Shown in pieces: positions 33,589 through 42,073 of a stretch of 64,000 nucleotides of DNA. Position 1 is the first letter of the stretch. Every line of letters starts with the position of its first letter. The stretch spans positions 25,821-89,820 of the forward strand of contig CAVWBF010000015.1 of NCBI GenBank assembly GCA_963753085.1, written 5' to 3'. The position numbers were made by a program, and so were the translations under genes. The notes beneath the pieces are model-generated. The model was not told the DNA's origin. It worked only from the letters and a program-made list of their open reading frames with translations, and did not search any database. This stretch comes from an uncultured Spirochaetota bacterium. GTDB lineage: Bacteria > Spirochaetota > Spirochaetia > SZUA-6 > Fen-1364.

Positions 33589-34579
33589 CCTGCCCCCGGA
33601 GCTGATCGCGCAGGAGCCGGCGCAGGATCGGGAGAACGCCCGGCTGCTGGTTCTTGACCGCATCGCGGGAACAACCCGGGACCAGCATGTCCGCGATATT
33701 CCCAACCTCATTTCCCCCGAAACGCTTGTAGTGCTGAACGACACGCGCGTGAGAAAAGCACGCCTTTTTGGCCAGACCGAGGCGGGCAGGACTGTCGAAA
33801 TCCTTCTCCTTGCCACGCGGGGTCCGTCAACCTGGGAAGCCCTGGTGGGGAAGGCAGGCAGGCTTCGACACGGAAGTGCCTTGCGCTTTTCGGAGGGCGT
33901 CACCGGGTGGATCGAGTCGGCGGACGACGATGTTCGATTGATACGGTTCGATCCCCCGGTGGATGACCCTTGGCTGGAGCGCAACGGACATGTCCCGCTT
34001 CCTCCGTATGTCAGGCGCGCGGATACACCAGCGGACGAGGAGCGCTACCAGACCGTCTACAACAGGGTCACCGGGTCAGCGGCAGCCCCGACCGCAGGGC
34101 TGCACTTCACCGCGCGGCTGCTGCAAGAGATCGCTGCGCGAGGGGCCGGTACCGCCTGGGTGACCCTCCACGTCGGGCTGGGCACCTTCCTTCCCATCCG
34201 AAGCGAGCGGATCGAAGACCACAGGATGCACGAAGAGGAGTACTCCATCCCCGAGCGCACGGCAGACCTTGTGAGCCGCGCGGTGCGCGACAGGCGGCCG
34301 GTTCTGGCCGTGGGGACCACCGTGGTGAGGACACTGGAGACAGCCTGGACAGGAAGCGGCTTGGCGTCGGGAGCGGGCAGAACGAGCATGTTCATCACCC
34401 CGGGGTTCACTTTCAGAGTGGTAACGCAGCTACTGACGAACTTTCACACCCCCGAGTCGAGCCTGCTGGTGCTGGTAAGCGCCTTTGCGGGCCGCGAGCT
34501 CATACTCGGAACGTATAAGGAAGCGGTCCAGAAACGATACAGATTTTTTAGTTATGGTGATGCGATGCTCATCAAGTAG
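33563..34579 (+). CDS. queA: tRNA preQ1(34) S-adenosylmethionine ribosyltransferase-isomerase QueA
   Basis: Within ORF 33416..34579. GTG 33563 (VETSLFSFDLPPELIAQEP) matches the family N-terminus. LPPYV, AAPTAGLHFT, VGTTVVRTLE and LTNFHTPESSLL are QueA motifs. Confidence 0.85.
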   Translation: METSLFSFDLPPELIAQEPAQDRENARLLVLDRIAGTTRDQHVRDIPNLISPETLVVLNDTRVRKARLFGQTEAGRTVEILLLATRGPSTWEALVGKAGRLRHGSALRFSEGVTGWIESADDDVRLIRFDPPVDDPWLERNGHVPLPPYVRRADTPADEERYQTVYNRVTGSAAAPTAGLHFTARLLQEIAARGAGTAWVTLHVGLGTFLPIRSERIEDHRMHEEEYSIPERTADLVSRAVRDRRPVLAVGTTVVRTLETAWTGSGLASGAGRTSMFITPGFTFRVVTQLLTNFHTPESSLLVLVSAFAGRELILGTYKEAVQKRYRFFSYGDAMLIK

Positions 34580-34618
34580 GCAGCAGCGCAAAAACCCGAC
34601 GAGAGGCCGCCCATATAC

Positions 34619-34737
34619 AAATAACAGGCAAAGTGGAAAATGCCCTTCAACTTCGCCTGTTTTTTACGTGCCGGTGATTCTCCCGCATTAAGATTCGCTT
34701 TGGGGATTCAAGCAATTTTCCACTTTGGCTGTTATTT
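34619..34737. repeat. 119-bp AT-rich element bounded by 23-bp near-perfect inverted repeats
   Basis: AAATAACAGGCAAAGTGGAAAAT (34619-34641) against the reverse complement of ATTTTCCACTTTGGCTGTTATTT (34715-34737) matches 22 of 23. The interior is 73 nt. The left arm is also the 5' half of the queA terminator. Confidence 0.6.
34624..34666 (+). terminator. probable rho-independent terminator of queA
   Basis: ACAGGCAAAGTGGAA (34624-34638) pairs with TTCAACTTCGCCTGT (34646-34660): 15 bp with 2 mismatches and a 7-nt loop. Followed by TTTTTA. Confidence 0.5.
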
Positions 34738-34815
34738 CAATGCATGCGATGCTGGTGCCCGCAAACTTCATCCCGCTGCCTTGGACCCTGGCTCAGCCGG
34801 TGGAACGGCAGGGCC

Positions 34816-35421
34816 ATGAACATCTCAGAAATCGCCAGGTTTCTGGGAGTCAGCAGACCAACTGCGTCAGCTCGGGTCCGGGAATTGCAGCGTAATGGGA
34901 TTGTCCGTCTGCTCCCTTTCATGGGGGCGGGTGGAAAGTCTCTCCTGTACCTGCGCCACGTGTATGGGTCGGGGCCGGAATCCTATCGAAGCTATTGCAC
35001 GGAAGCGGTCATCGAAAAAATACAGGAACTGTTCCCTGAAAGCTCCTTCTTCTGGTGGAAGACCGGGTATGTGCGGCGGATCGACCTTTTGGCCGTGATC
35101 GGAGACAGGCGGATCGGCTTCTGCTTTTCCGACACCATATCTCCTCTAAACAGGGATTGGTGGCCGTTTCGCGCCTGCTTTGCACAAGGGCTTATTCACC
35201 GGGCATTCCTTTTGTATCGGGGCAATCGAGCTTTCTATCTCGGTCCCATGGCGAGCGCGGTGCCTGCCAGGGCATTTCTGTCTGAGGCGGAAGACTGGAT
35301 TCTAAGCCGATGCACCCGGCGCGAAGTCCTGGCGGTCAACGCGCGAATCAATAGGTATGCTGATCCATGGTCTGGAAGTCTGCGCGGACCTTTTCCAGCC
35401 GCGCCAGCTGCGCGTCAATGA
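34816..35421 (+). CDS. wHTH + DUF4143-type protein, probably a 5'-truncated remnant of an AAA+ ATPase (AAA_14/DUF4143) gene
   Basis: ORF 34744..35421, using ATG 34816. MNISEIARFLGVSRPTASARVRELQRNGIVRLLPF and FFWWKTGYVRRIDLLAVIGDRRIGFCFSD resemble the middle and C-terminal parts of DUF4143 ATPases. No Walker A region precedes it. The 3' end overlaps the convergent gene by 74 nt. Confidence 0.4.
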   Translation: MNISEIARFLGVSRPTASARVRELQRNGIVRLLPFMGAGGKSLLYLRHVYGSGPESYRSYCTEAVIEKIQELFPESSFFWWKTGYVRRIDLLAVIGDRRIGFCFSDTISPLNRDWWPFRACFAQGLIHRAFLLYRGNRAFYLGPMASAVPARAFLSEAEDWILSRCTRREVLAVNARINRYADPWSGSLRGPFPAAPAARQ

Positions 35422-35956
35422 TGTCTTTGTAGTTCAGGTCGCCCGTCTGGACTCGAAAGTTCTCATCCTCCCACTCCTGGACGGCCGGAAGGTGGATGCC
35501 CTGCATGTCCCATGCCATGGCTGACCACTTCTGCGCGTCAGCCCAGTACCCGTAGGCCACCCGGTAGATCTTCTCAGCCGTGTCGAGGCTCTCGAGGTTC
35601 TGTCGTTTCCACGGGTAATTGTAGAAATAGGCCACCATCTTGTCGTACTTGCTGCCCAGCGTCAGGTAGAGGTAGATCAGCTTCAGGTTCACGTGCATGT
35701 AGAAAAGGTAGCGGTAGCGCTCCCACTCCGTCGTGTCGTTGATCCTGGCGAGCGCGTACAGGGGGTTGGCAAATGGCGCGAAGTCGGCTTTCAAGGCGAG
35801 CTCGAGGTACTGAATGTCCTCCATCGTGTCTTCGGGATAATGGTGGAGCTTCTCGTGGTACAGGCGGTAGTACTGTTCGGCGTAGAGGATGCGCCAGCCT
35901 GCCGCGGGAAGGAGCGGTACCAGGACAAGGAGGGCGGCGAGGAGAGCCTTCTTCAC
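35348..35956 (-). CDS. hypothetical secreted protein
   Basis: 202-aa ORF whose start overlaps the tmk stop by 4 nt. Signal peptide MKKALLAALLVLVPLLPAAG. Tyr/Trp-rich. No family recognised. Confidence 0.5.
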   Translation of the reverse strand: MKKALLAALLVLVPLLPAAGWRILYAEQYYRLYHEKLHHYPEDTMEDIQYLELALKADFAPFANPLYALARINDTTEWERYRYLFYMHVNLKLIYLYLTLGSKYDKMVAYFYNYPWKRQNLESLDTAEKIYRVAYGYWADAQKWSAMAWDMQGIHLPAVQEWEDENFRVQTGDLNYKDIIDAQLARLEKVRADFQTMDQHTY

Positions 35957-36582
35957 ACTCCTGTTATCGGCAAAGCGCAGAGTATTTTCCAGATGGCCTC
36001 ATGGATCGCCGCTTCGGGATTGTCTCCGGGGATGATCGATATCGCCATGCCGCTTGGACGGAACCTCTCGATGGCCGCGAGGTAGTTGTCCCGAACCCGT
36101 GACTGGAAAGCCACCCCGTCAAAGAGCTCCGCTCTTCCGCGGCCCGCCAGCCGCCTCTGACAGACTTCCACGGGCGTGTCAATGAAAACAAGCGACTGGG
36201 GGAGGGGGAAATCCCTGTTGAGGCTCAGCACGTAGTCGATCCCGGAATCGATCGACTGATACGCGAGGCTTGAGAAAACGTAGCGGTCGCAGACCACCAG
36301 CTCGCCCCGGGAAGCCCGTGCAACGATTCCTTCCTCTGAGCTCACGTGCTCGTTGCGGTCAGCGGCGTAGAGCCTTGCAACCGTTGACGGCAGCAGCTTC
36401 ACTTCCCTGGCCAGAATGGCGCGCAAAAGCGAACCGACAGGACCATCGGTGGGCTCCCAGGTGGCCCAGTGCCGCCTTCCTTCCTTCGCAAGCCTTTCCG
36501 AGATCAGCCTGAGCTGTGTCGTGGTCCCGGCGCCGTCGAGCCCTTCCAGAACAATGAAGCTTCGCAGTATAGTCGTTTCCAC
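35953..36582 (-). CDS. tmk: dTMP (thymidylate) kinase
   Basis: FIVLEGLDGAGTTTQ P-loop, DRYVFSSLAYQ, about 209 aa. Confidence 0.85.
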   Translation of the reverse strand: METTILRSFIVLEGLDGAGTTTQLRLISERLAKEGRRHWATWEPTDGPVGSLLRAILAREVKLLPSTVARLYAADRNEHVSSEEGIVARASRGELVVCDRYVFSSLAYQSIDSGIDYVLSLNRDFPLPQSLVFIDTPVEVCQRRLAGRGRAELFDGVAFQSRVRDNYLAAIERFRPSGMAISIIPGDNPEAAIHEAIWKILCALPITGV

Positions 36583-36597
36583 CGGGCGCCGATTGTA

Positions 36598-36858
36598 ATG
36601 CGAACCGCCTGCCTTGTCATCGTCACGCTGCTCTTCTCAACCGCCATGCGGGGCTACCCTCAGGACAGCATTGACCAGGAGATCACTGTGAAGGGAGGTG
36701 ATGAGACAGCCCTCCCCGTCCCTCCGCCTGCGCCCGTGGCGAAGCCGACCATTCCCGATCTCGACCTCAGGATGCCTGATTTCCCGCCGCAAGGCCCGAT
36801 CCAACCGCCCTCCGGCGGCGAATGGCGAGTGAAGGATCCGCTGCCGAATGAAGGCTAG
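36598..36858 (+). CDS. small proline-rich secreted protein (hypothetical)
   Basis: Within ORF 36469..36858. ATG 36598 gives MRTACLVIVTLLFSTAMRG, which is signal-like. Pro-rich tail. The stop overlaps the next start by 11 nt. Only 15 bp separate it from the divergent tmk start. Confidence 0.35.
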   Translation: MRTACLVIVTLLFSTAMRGYPQDSIDQEITVKGGDETALPVPPPAPVAKPTIPDLDLRMPDFPPQGPIQPPSGGEWRVKDPLPNEG

Positions 36859-37564
36859 GATCGTCATAGAAGAGGAGGTGCCGGCCGATTTCCGTCGGCG
36901 CGCCCTTCCCTGGCTGGCTGCACTGACGTTTCATGCTGTGCTTCTTGCAGTTTCCGTAGGGCTTGTGGTGTCTCGCTACGAGATGCCTCTGCCGATAAAA
37001 CCGATCGAGGTTGTCCTTGACGCCGGGTACTCCGGACCGACCTCCGACGGCTCTTCCGTTCAGGTTGACAAGCCATCTTCGGGGTCCCAGAGCCTGCCCC
37101 TTCCCGCGCCGGCGGCGGCGCCGAGCGCCCGCGCAAACGGCTTGAAGGCTGCCCCGGGCCCCCGGCCCCGCATGCAGCCCATCGGGGCGCAAAGCTTCGG
37201 TCCACGGAGCGCTCCCGTCGACGTTCCCCGACCATCGGCACAGGAGGTGCTGGCGGACCTCCCTTCCGGCTCCTCGTCAGAGCCTCAGGTCGAAGGGCTC
37301 GCACGCCAGATGCTCTTCCGCCGCGACCCGCAATTTCCTCGCATGCTGAGCCTTGCTGGTGTTGAAGTAGAATGTGAGGCGCGGATAACGGTGTCACCCG
37401 CCGGGACAGTCACCCGTGTGGAAATCATCCGCAGTTCAGGGTATACTGATGTTGATGCCAGCGTTGAGGCAGCCCTCCGTGAATACCTCTTTTCTCGGGT
37501 GGACGGGAGGAAAGACGCGGTTGGAACTATAAAGTTCCGCTTCCGCCTGGAGAAACGGGATTGA
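36848..37564 (+). CDS. TonB-family C-terminal-domain protein (N-terminal TM anchor, Pro/Ala-rich linker)
   Basis: TM segment LPWLAALTFHAVLLAVSVGLVV. Pro-rich spacer. The C-terminus VECEARITVSPAGTVTRVEIIRSSGYTDVDASVEAALREYLFS fits the TonB_C pattern. Confidence 0.6.
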   Translation: MKARIVIEEEVPADFRRRALPWLAALTFHAVLLAVSVGLVVSRYEMPLPIKPIEVVLDAGYSGPTSDGSSVQVDKPSSGSQSLPLPAPAAAPSARANGLKAAPGPRPRMQPIGAQSFGPRSAPVDVPRPSAQEVLADLPSGSSSEPQVEGLARQMLFRRDPQFPRMLSLAGVEVECEARITVSPAGTVTRVEIIRSSGYTDVDASVEAALREYLFSRVDGRKDAVGTIKFRFRLEKRD

Positions 37565-40500
37565 GGAAAGCGTTCGTCACACTTCTTACACTCGTATGTC
37601 TCGCCGTTGCGCTCGGGCTGACCGTGTTGCTGGGATCCATCGTCAGCAGGGAGGTGGCCCTGCGGATGGGGGAGCTGAAGGCCCGGAGCATCGAAGAGCT
37701 CGAGTCGGCTCTGGGGCGAACGGTCACCTACGCAGGCATTTCGCCTTCCTTCCTCAATTACCTGGAAGTCCGCGACCTCGTCATTCACGACGCAGTTGAA
37801 ACAGACAAGCCCCTCCTCACCATCCATCGCGTGCGGATCTACTACAGCCTCGTGCAGCTGCTTCTCCGCCATGACCCGGTGGGGTCTCTGCGGGAGATAC
37901 GCATCCTCAACACCCGCTTCGCCATGGACCTTCAGAAGGACAGGGGGCTCATGGACCTCTTCCAGAGGCTCAGCGCGGTGGGAAGCGGGGAAAGCAGGCT
38001 GCATGCCCGGATAACCGGAGCCAACGTCTCTGTTTCGCTTCAGAGCAACGGAACGTCGCTGGAGCTGTCAGACCTGTTCTTCCAGCTGGATGCAGGCCGC
38101 GAAGCGCTTGGTGTCTCGTTTCGGGGGGACTGCCGCGGCGCCCTTCCATCAGGATTCAATTTCTCCTCCACCGTGGATGTTGCCGGAAAGCTGGACCGGG
38201 CCTTCGCATGGTCCGACCTTACTGTCCGTATCCTTTCATTCTCCAGCTCTGTGCTCGACCTGGAGAAGCAGACCCTGCAGGTTGTGTGGAAGGGAAACCA
38301 GGTTGAAGTCCACAAGATCGAGGACAGGTCCCCGATCGACCTTGGGGTGACAGCCGACCTCGATCAGAAGCAGATCACGGTAAGCTTCCAGACCGACGGG
38401 CTTCGTCCGGACAACCTGGTGAGGTTCTCGGGCGGCATGGCGAGGTTCAATCCCTGGCTCAAGGCTCCGCTCACGTCGGCTGGCCATCTCACCTATTCAT
38501 TTCCCAGCGGCAAACTCTCTTACCAGGTGGGCGTTTCCGTCTCGTTCCAGGATCAGCTGCCGGTCCATGACCTGACCGTGGACACGACTTTTTCCGGCAC
38601 CGAAGGGGGAGCCTCATTCTCTCCGCTTCGCGTTTCCTCCCCCGCAGGCAGCCTCCAGTTCGACGGAAGCATCCAGTACGACACATTCTACCCGGAGGGA
38701 ACGCTCACGCTGACCAACGTGGATGCGGGCACCGGACACCGCGTGAGCGCCGAGCTGACCATCCAGAGAAGGGATGACAAGCTCGCCCTGAGCGGGCGAC
38801 ACCTCATGGTGGGCGAAGTGGGCTTCGATGATTTTTCCATTCTCCTTTCACCCGACTCCCAGGGAGCCTCTTTCGCCATCGAGTCATCTTTCGCGGATAC
38901 GGCAAGCGGGCATATTTCCGCCCAGGGCGAGCTGCGGTTGCACCGGCCCATTCGCAGCGCGCTCTCGGCAGACGCGCGATCAGCGGACAAGCTCCCCCGC
39001 ATTGCTCTCTCCGCAACGCTTCGCGACGTTCCTCCTGACAAGCTGTACCATCTCCTGATGGGGGCCGGACCTCTCTCCCGGCAGCAGGAAGACGTAAAGA
39101 GCATTCTGGCCCGCTACGGGGTAAGCGCGAACCTCGAGCTGGCCACCGACTTGTCCACCGTCACGGTGAAAAGCGACCAGGTCACTGTCACGCAGGCGGA
39201 TGATCCCACGACGCACCTGCGATTCACCGCCCTGGTCGATTCCTCTCACGTCGAAGTGAACAACCTGTCCGGCTCCTACAAGGGCTACACCCTTGCAGGC
39301 TCCCTTGCCGCATCGTTTGCAGAGGAAGGGCAGGTGGACTTCTCCTCCGACGTGTCACTCCTGGGAGTTCCATTCTCGCTCAAGGGGAGATACTCGGAGG
39401 CCGGAGGTCTGTACGCCGCTGGCTCGTACGGGTTGGAAGTTCTCGCGGCCCCCAACCGGGACGGTACGTATTCACTCCAGGCCAGGGGCAGCAGAGTTCC
39501 CATTCCCTTCGGCAGCGGATCAGCCCCTTCGGGCACCACACCAGCCGTGTCCTTCGATGCGAGCGGACTCTACTCGGGCCCCGGGGAGTGGGTCCTCCGG
39601 GCGCCGTCACTCACGATCTTCAACGCGCCTCTCCTGGAGTCGCGGCACAACACGATCGAGCTCTCGGGGCGGATCACGCCTCGCCGGCTGGACATTCAGC
39701 AGATCACTTTCACGGATCCATACTCCATCCTCACCGGCTCAGCGCAGGCATCCCTCGTCATGGGACCGGACCCCTTCGACCCGCGGTTCCTGACAAATCT
39801 GGCCGCCCAGTTCGCCGGCGTCCTGAAAGGACAGAACGGGACGGAGTCGTACACCGCGCGGGGAAGCCTGAAAGAGGGAACCCTCGCGGTTGCCCTGAGC
39901 TTCGATGACATCCCGCTGGCGCGAATGCGCGCCCTCTCCATCAAGGGATCGCTCTCAGGGACCGGGACGATTTCGGGTCCCCTGACAAAGCCGTCCATGA
40001 CGCTCAACGTCACCCTGAAGGAGGGACGCCTCGGGACCGACCCGCTTGCCGTGGAGACCCAGGTGGCCGTGGCGCCGGACTCGATCCAGCTCAGTTCTCT
40101 GAAAATCAAGTACCTCGCGCACAGCCTGACTGACGGCGCCGGCAGCCTCGATCTGCGCAAAGGCAGCTTCGCTCTCACGGCGAATTATGCGGGGGACTAC
40201 TTTTCCGACCACGTGAAATTGCTCGCCCGGCTGGAAGGACGGTTTTCACCGTCGTCATCCAAGACCGCGACGTCCAATCTTCTCGACCAGGGGCTGCAGG
40301 GGAAGCTGGACCTGAGCCAGATCGCCGTGGGGAACAAGCCTTTCCCGCCGTGGGCGGTCACCTTTCACGCGGACAAGGGAAGGCTTACTCTTGACGGCGG
40401 CCCGGGCAACTCCATTCATGGGTCCCTTGACTCCAACCTCGCGTTCGCCATCCACCTCGCCCGACCCCTGCCGCTTGTCGGCTACGCGGGAGGAAGGATC

Positions 40501-40983
40501 ATCGGGGACCATATCGTCTCCTCGGTGGCCGTGGAGACCCTTGACGTAACCATCCTGAATTCCATTCTGAAAAGCCCCACGTTGACCACGCAGGCCGGCC
40601 CCGCGCAGATACTCAATTTTACGTCAGGCACGGCAACAGGCCGCCTCTCCATCAGCGGTCCTGTGAACGATCCTGATTTCAACGGCGAGCTTTCGGTCCT
40701 CGGCGCCGGCATCAGGTCCGCGTATTCCCCCGACGATGTCGGGCCCCTCACGACGCGGCTCGTCTTCGACGGCAAGGGCTTCCATTTTGCCCGCACGTTC
40801 GTGAATGCCGGCGCCTCTCGCCTGAGCGCCCAGGCGGCTTTCACCATTGACCATTCGGTCTCCCTCGACCTACGACCTGACCCTGACCACGGAGGACCAG
40901 TCCTCCGCTCACCTCAAGGTGAAGTTCGGCCGGATGATCGCAGACGGCCATGTGTTGGGCTCAATGCGGATAGTAGGGGATGA
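37561..40983 (+). CDS. tamB: TamB/AsmA-like translocation-and-assembly-module protein, N-terminal about 1100 codons (reading frame lost near 40860)
   Basis: TTG start overlapping the upstream stop. N-terminal anchor AFVTLLTLVCLAVALGLTVLLGSIV. Long beta-rich repetitive body. Position immediately upstream of bamA. The last about 40 codons of the ORF are out-of-frame junk. Confidence 0.7.
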   Translation: MRKAFVTLLTLVCLAVALGLTVLLGSIVSREVALRMGELKARSIEELESALGRTVTYAGISPSFLNYLEVRDLVIHDAVETDKPLLTIHRVRIYYSLVQLLLRHDPVGSLREIRILNTRFAMDLQKDRGLMDLFQRLSAVGSGESRLHARITGANVSVSLQSNGTSLELSDLFFQLDAGREALGVSFRGDCRGALPSGFNFSSTVDVAGKLDRAFAWSDLTVRILSFSSSVLDLEKQTLQVVWKGNQVEVHKIEDRSPIDLGVTADLDQKQITVSFQTDGLRPDNLVRFSGGMARFNPWLKAPLTSAGHLTYSFPSGKLSYQVGVSVSFQDQLPVHDLTVDTTFSGTEGGASFSPLRVSSPAGSLQFDGSIQYDTFYPEGTLTLTNVDAGTGHRVSAELTIQRRDDKLALSGRHLMVGEVGFDDFSILLSPDSQGASFAIESSFADTASGHISAQGELRLHRPIRSALSADARSADKLPRIALSATLRDVPPDKLYHLLMGAGPLSRQQEDVKSILARYGVSANLELATDLSTVTVKSDQVTVTQADDPTTHLRFTALVDSSHVEVNNLSGSYKGYTLAGSLAASFAEEGQVDFSSDVSLLGVPFSLKGRYSEAGGLYAAGSYGLEVLAAPNRDGTYSLQARGSRVPIPFGSGSAPSGTTPAVSFDASGLYSGPGEWVLRAPSLTIFNAPLLESRHNTIELSGRITPRRLDIQQITFTDPYSILTGSAQASLVMGPDPFDPRFLTNLAAQFAGVLKGQNGTESYTARGSLKEGTLAVALSFDDIPLARMRALSIKGSLSGTGTISGPLTKPSMTLNVTLKEGRLGTDPLAVETQVAVAPDSIQLSSLKIKYLAHSLTDGAGSLDLRKGSFALTANYAGDYFSDHVKLLARLEGRFSPSSSKTATSNLLDQGLQGKLDLSQIAVGNKPFPPWAVTFHADKGRLTLDGGPGNSIHGSLDSNLAFAIHLARPLPLVGYAGGRIIGDHIVSSVAVETLDVTILNSILKSPTLTTQAGPAQILNFTSGTATGRLSISGPVNDPDFNGELSVLGAGIRSAYSPDDVGPLTTRLVFDGKGFHFARTFVNAGASRLSAQAAFTIDHSVSLDLRPDPDHGGPVLRSPQGEVRPDDRRRPCVGLNADSRG

Positions 40984-42010
40984 TTCCCGGACCACCGTCA
41001 ACGGCGACATCCGGGTGGCGGACTGCCGCATCACCCTGGGGAAGGCTCCAACCGGCGCGTTCGTCCCCGAAGAGCCGCCGACGTTCCTGACTCTGAACGC
41101 GGAAACGGGAAAGCGCGTGGAGTTCGCCTGGCCATCGGAAAGCTACCCCGTGGTTCGCACCACGGCGAGCCCCGGCGGCAAGCTTGCCATCACGTATCGG
41201 GGCGACACGGGAGCATACACGGTGAAGGGCAACACCGGCATACAGGGTGGGGAGATCTACTACTTCGAACGGAGCTTCATCCTCAGGAAAGGCACCATTG
41301 CATTCAACGAGGACCAGACCAGCTTCGATCCGCGCATCAACGCCCGGGCGGAGGTGCGTGAGTGGGACCCCTCCACGGGAGAAGAGATCAGGATCTACCT
41401 CGATGCCGACAACCCGCTCAGCAAGTTCACGCCGCGGTTCAGCTCCGAGCCCGCGAGGTCGGAAAACTACCTGATGGCGATGATCGGCGCGCCCTTCATT
41501 GCCCGGGCGGAGACGCAGGGCCTGGGTCTTTCCGCCGCGTTGATCTCCTCCGATATCGTCAGCCAGACATGGGTGCTTCGTCCGCTGGAGCAGCGCCTGC
41601 GGGACGTGCTGGGAGTGGACATGGTGTCCGTGCGCACCCAGATCATCCAGAACCTCCTCGTGCAGAAGATCTTCGGGACGACCATCAATCCCCTTGACAA
41701 TACCAGCGTCTCTCTTGGAAAGTACCTCGGGAACGATCTCTTTCTGGAAATGCTCGTGAGGCTGCAGACACAACCGCTTCCGGGTGCGTCGGGACTTTCG
41801 GTGAATCCGTCGGGCAGCGGCGTCGGTCTGCCCCCGATTCCTTCCAACACCCTGCCCACCGCGGGCATCGGGCTCCAGCCGCAGCTGGAGTTGAGCATGG
41901 AGTGGGCAACCCCCTTCTTCCTGCTCGACTGGAACTTCGAGCCGCAGCATCCCGAGACGCTGTACCTGACCGACAACGCGTTGACCTTCAGCTGGAGGTT
42001 CTCGTACTGA
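40847..42010 (+). CDS. tamB: TamB C-terminal portion (DUF490-like), continuation of 37561.. in the +1 frame
   Basis: ORF in the adjacent frame overlapping the previous ORF by 137 nt. Sense sequence resumes around STYDLTLTTEDQSSAHLKVKFG. C-terminal LELSMEWATPFFLLDWNFEPQ...LTFSWRFSY is a typical TamB end. The combined length of about 1480 aa matches spirochaetal TamB as I recall it. Confidence 0.7.
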   Translation: MTIRSPSTYDLTLTTEDQSSAHLKVKFGRMIADGHVLGSMRIVGDDSRTTVNGDIRVADCRITLGKAPTGAFVPEEPPTFLTLNAETGKRVEFAWPSESYPVVRTTASPGGKLAITYRGDTGAYTVKGNTGIQGGEIYYFERSFILRKGTIAFNEDQTSFDPRINARAEVREWDPSTGEEIRIYLDADNPLSKFTPRFSSEPARSENYLMAMIGAPFIARAETQGLGLSAALISSDIVSQTWVLRPLEQRLRDVLGVDMVSVRTQIIQNLLVQKIFGTTINPLDNTSVSLGKYLGNDLFLEMLVRLQTQPLPGASGLSVNPSGSGVGLPPIPSNTLPTAGIGLQPQLELSMEWATPFFLLDWNFEPQHPETLYLTDNALTFSWRFSY

Positions 42011-42073
42011 CGCAGAGGCACGATGCCTGCGCTGCGACGTACTGAGGGACCAAGCGCCAAAGGAGCCCGATTG

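Noticed and set aside
40840-40990. Programmed +1 ribosomal frameshift in tamB
   Set aside because: There is no slippery motif of the prfB type and no 0-frame stop or rare codon at the shift site. The old frame stays open for about 40 more codons. An indel (real or sequencing) is the simpler explanation, and it is kept as a finding to verify.
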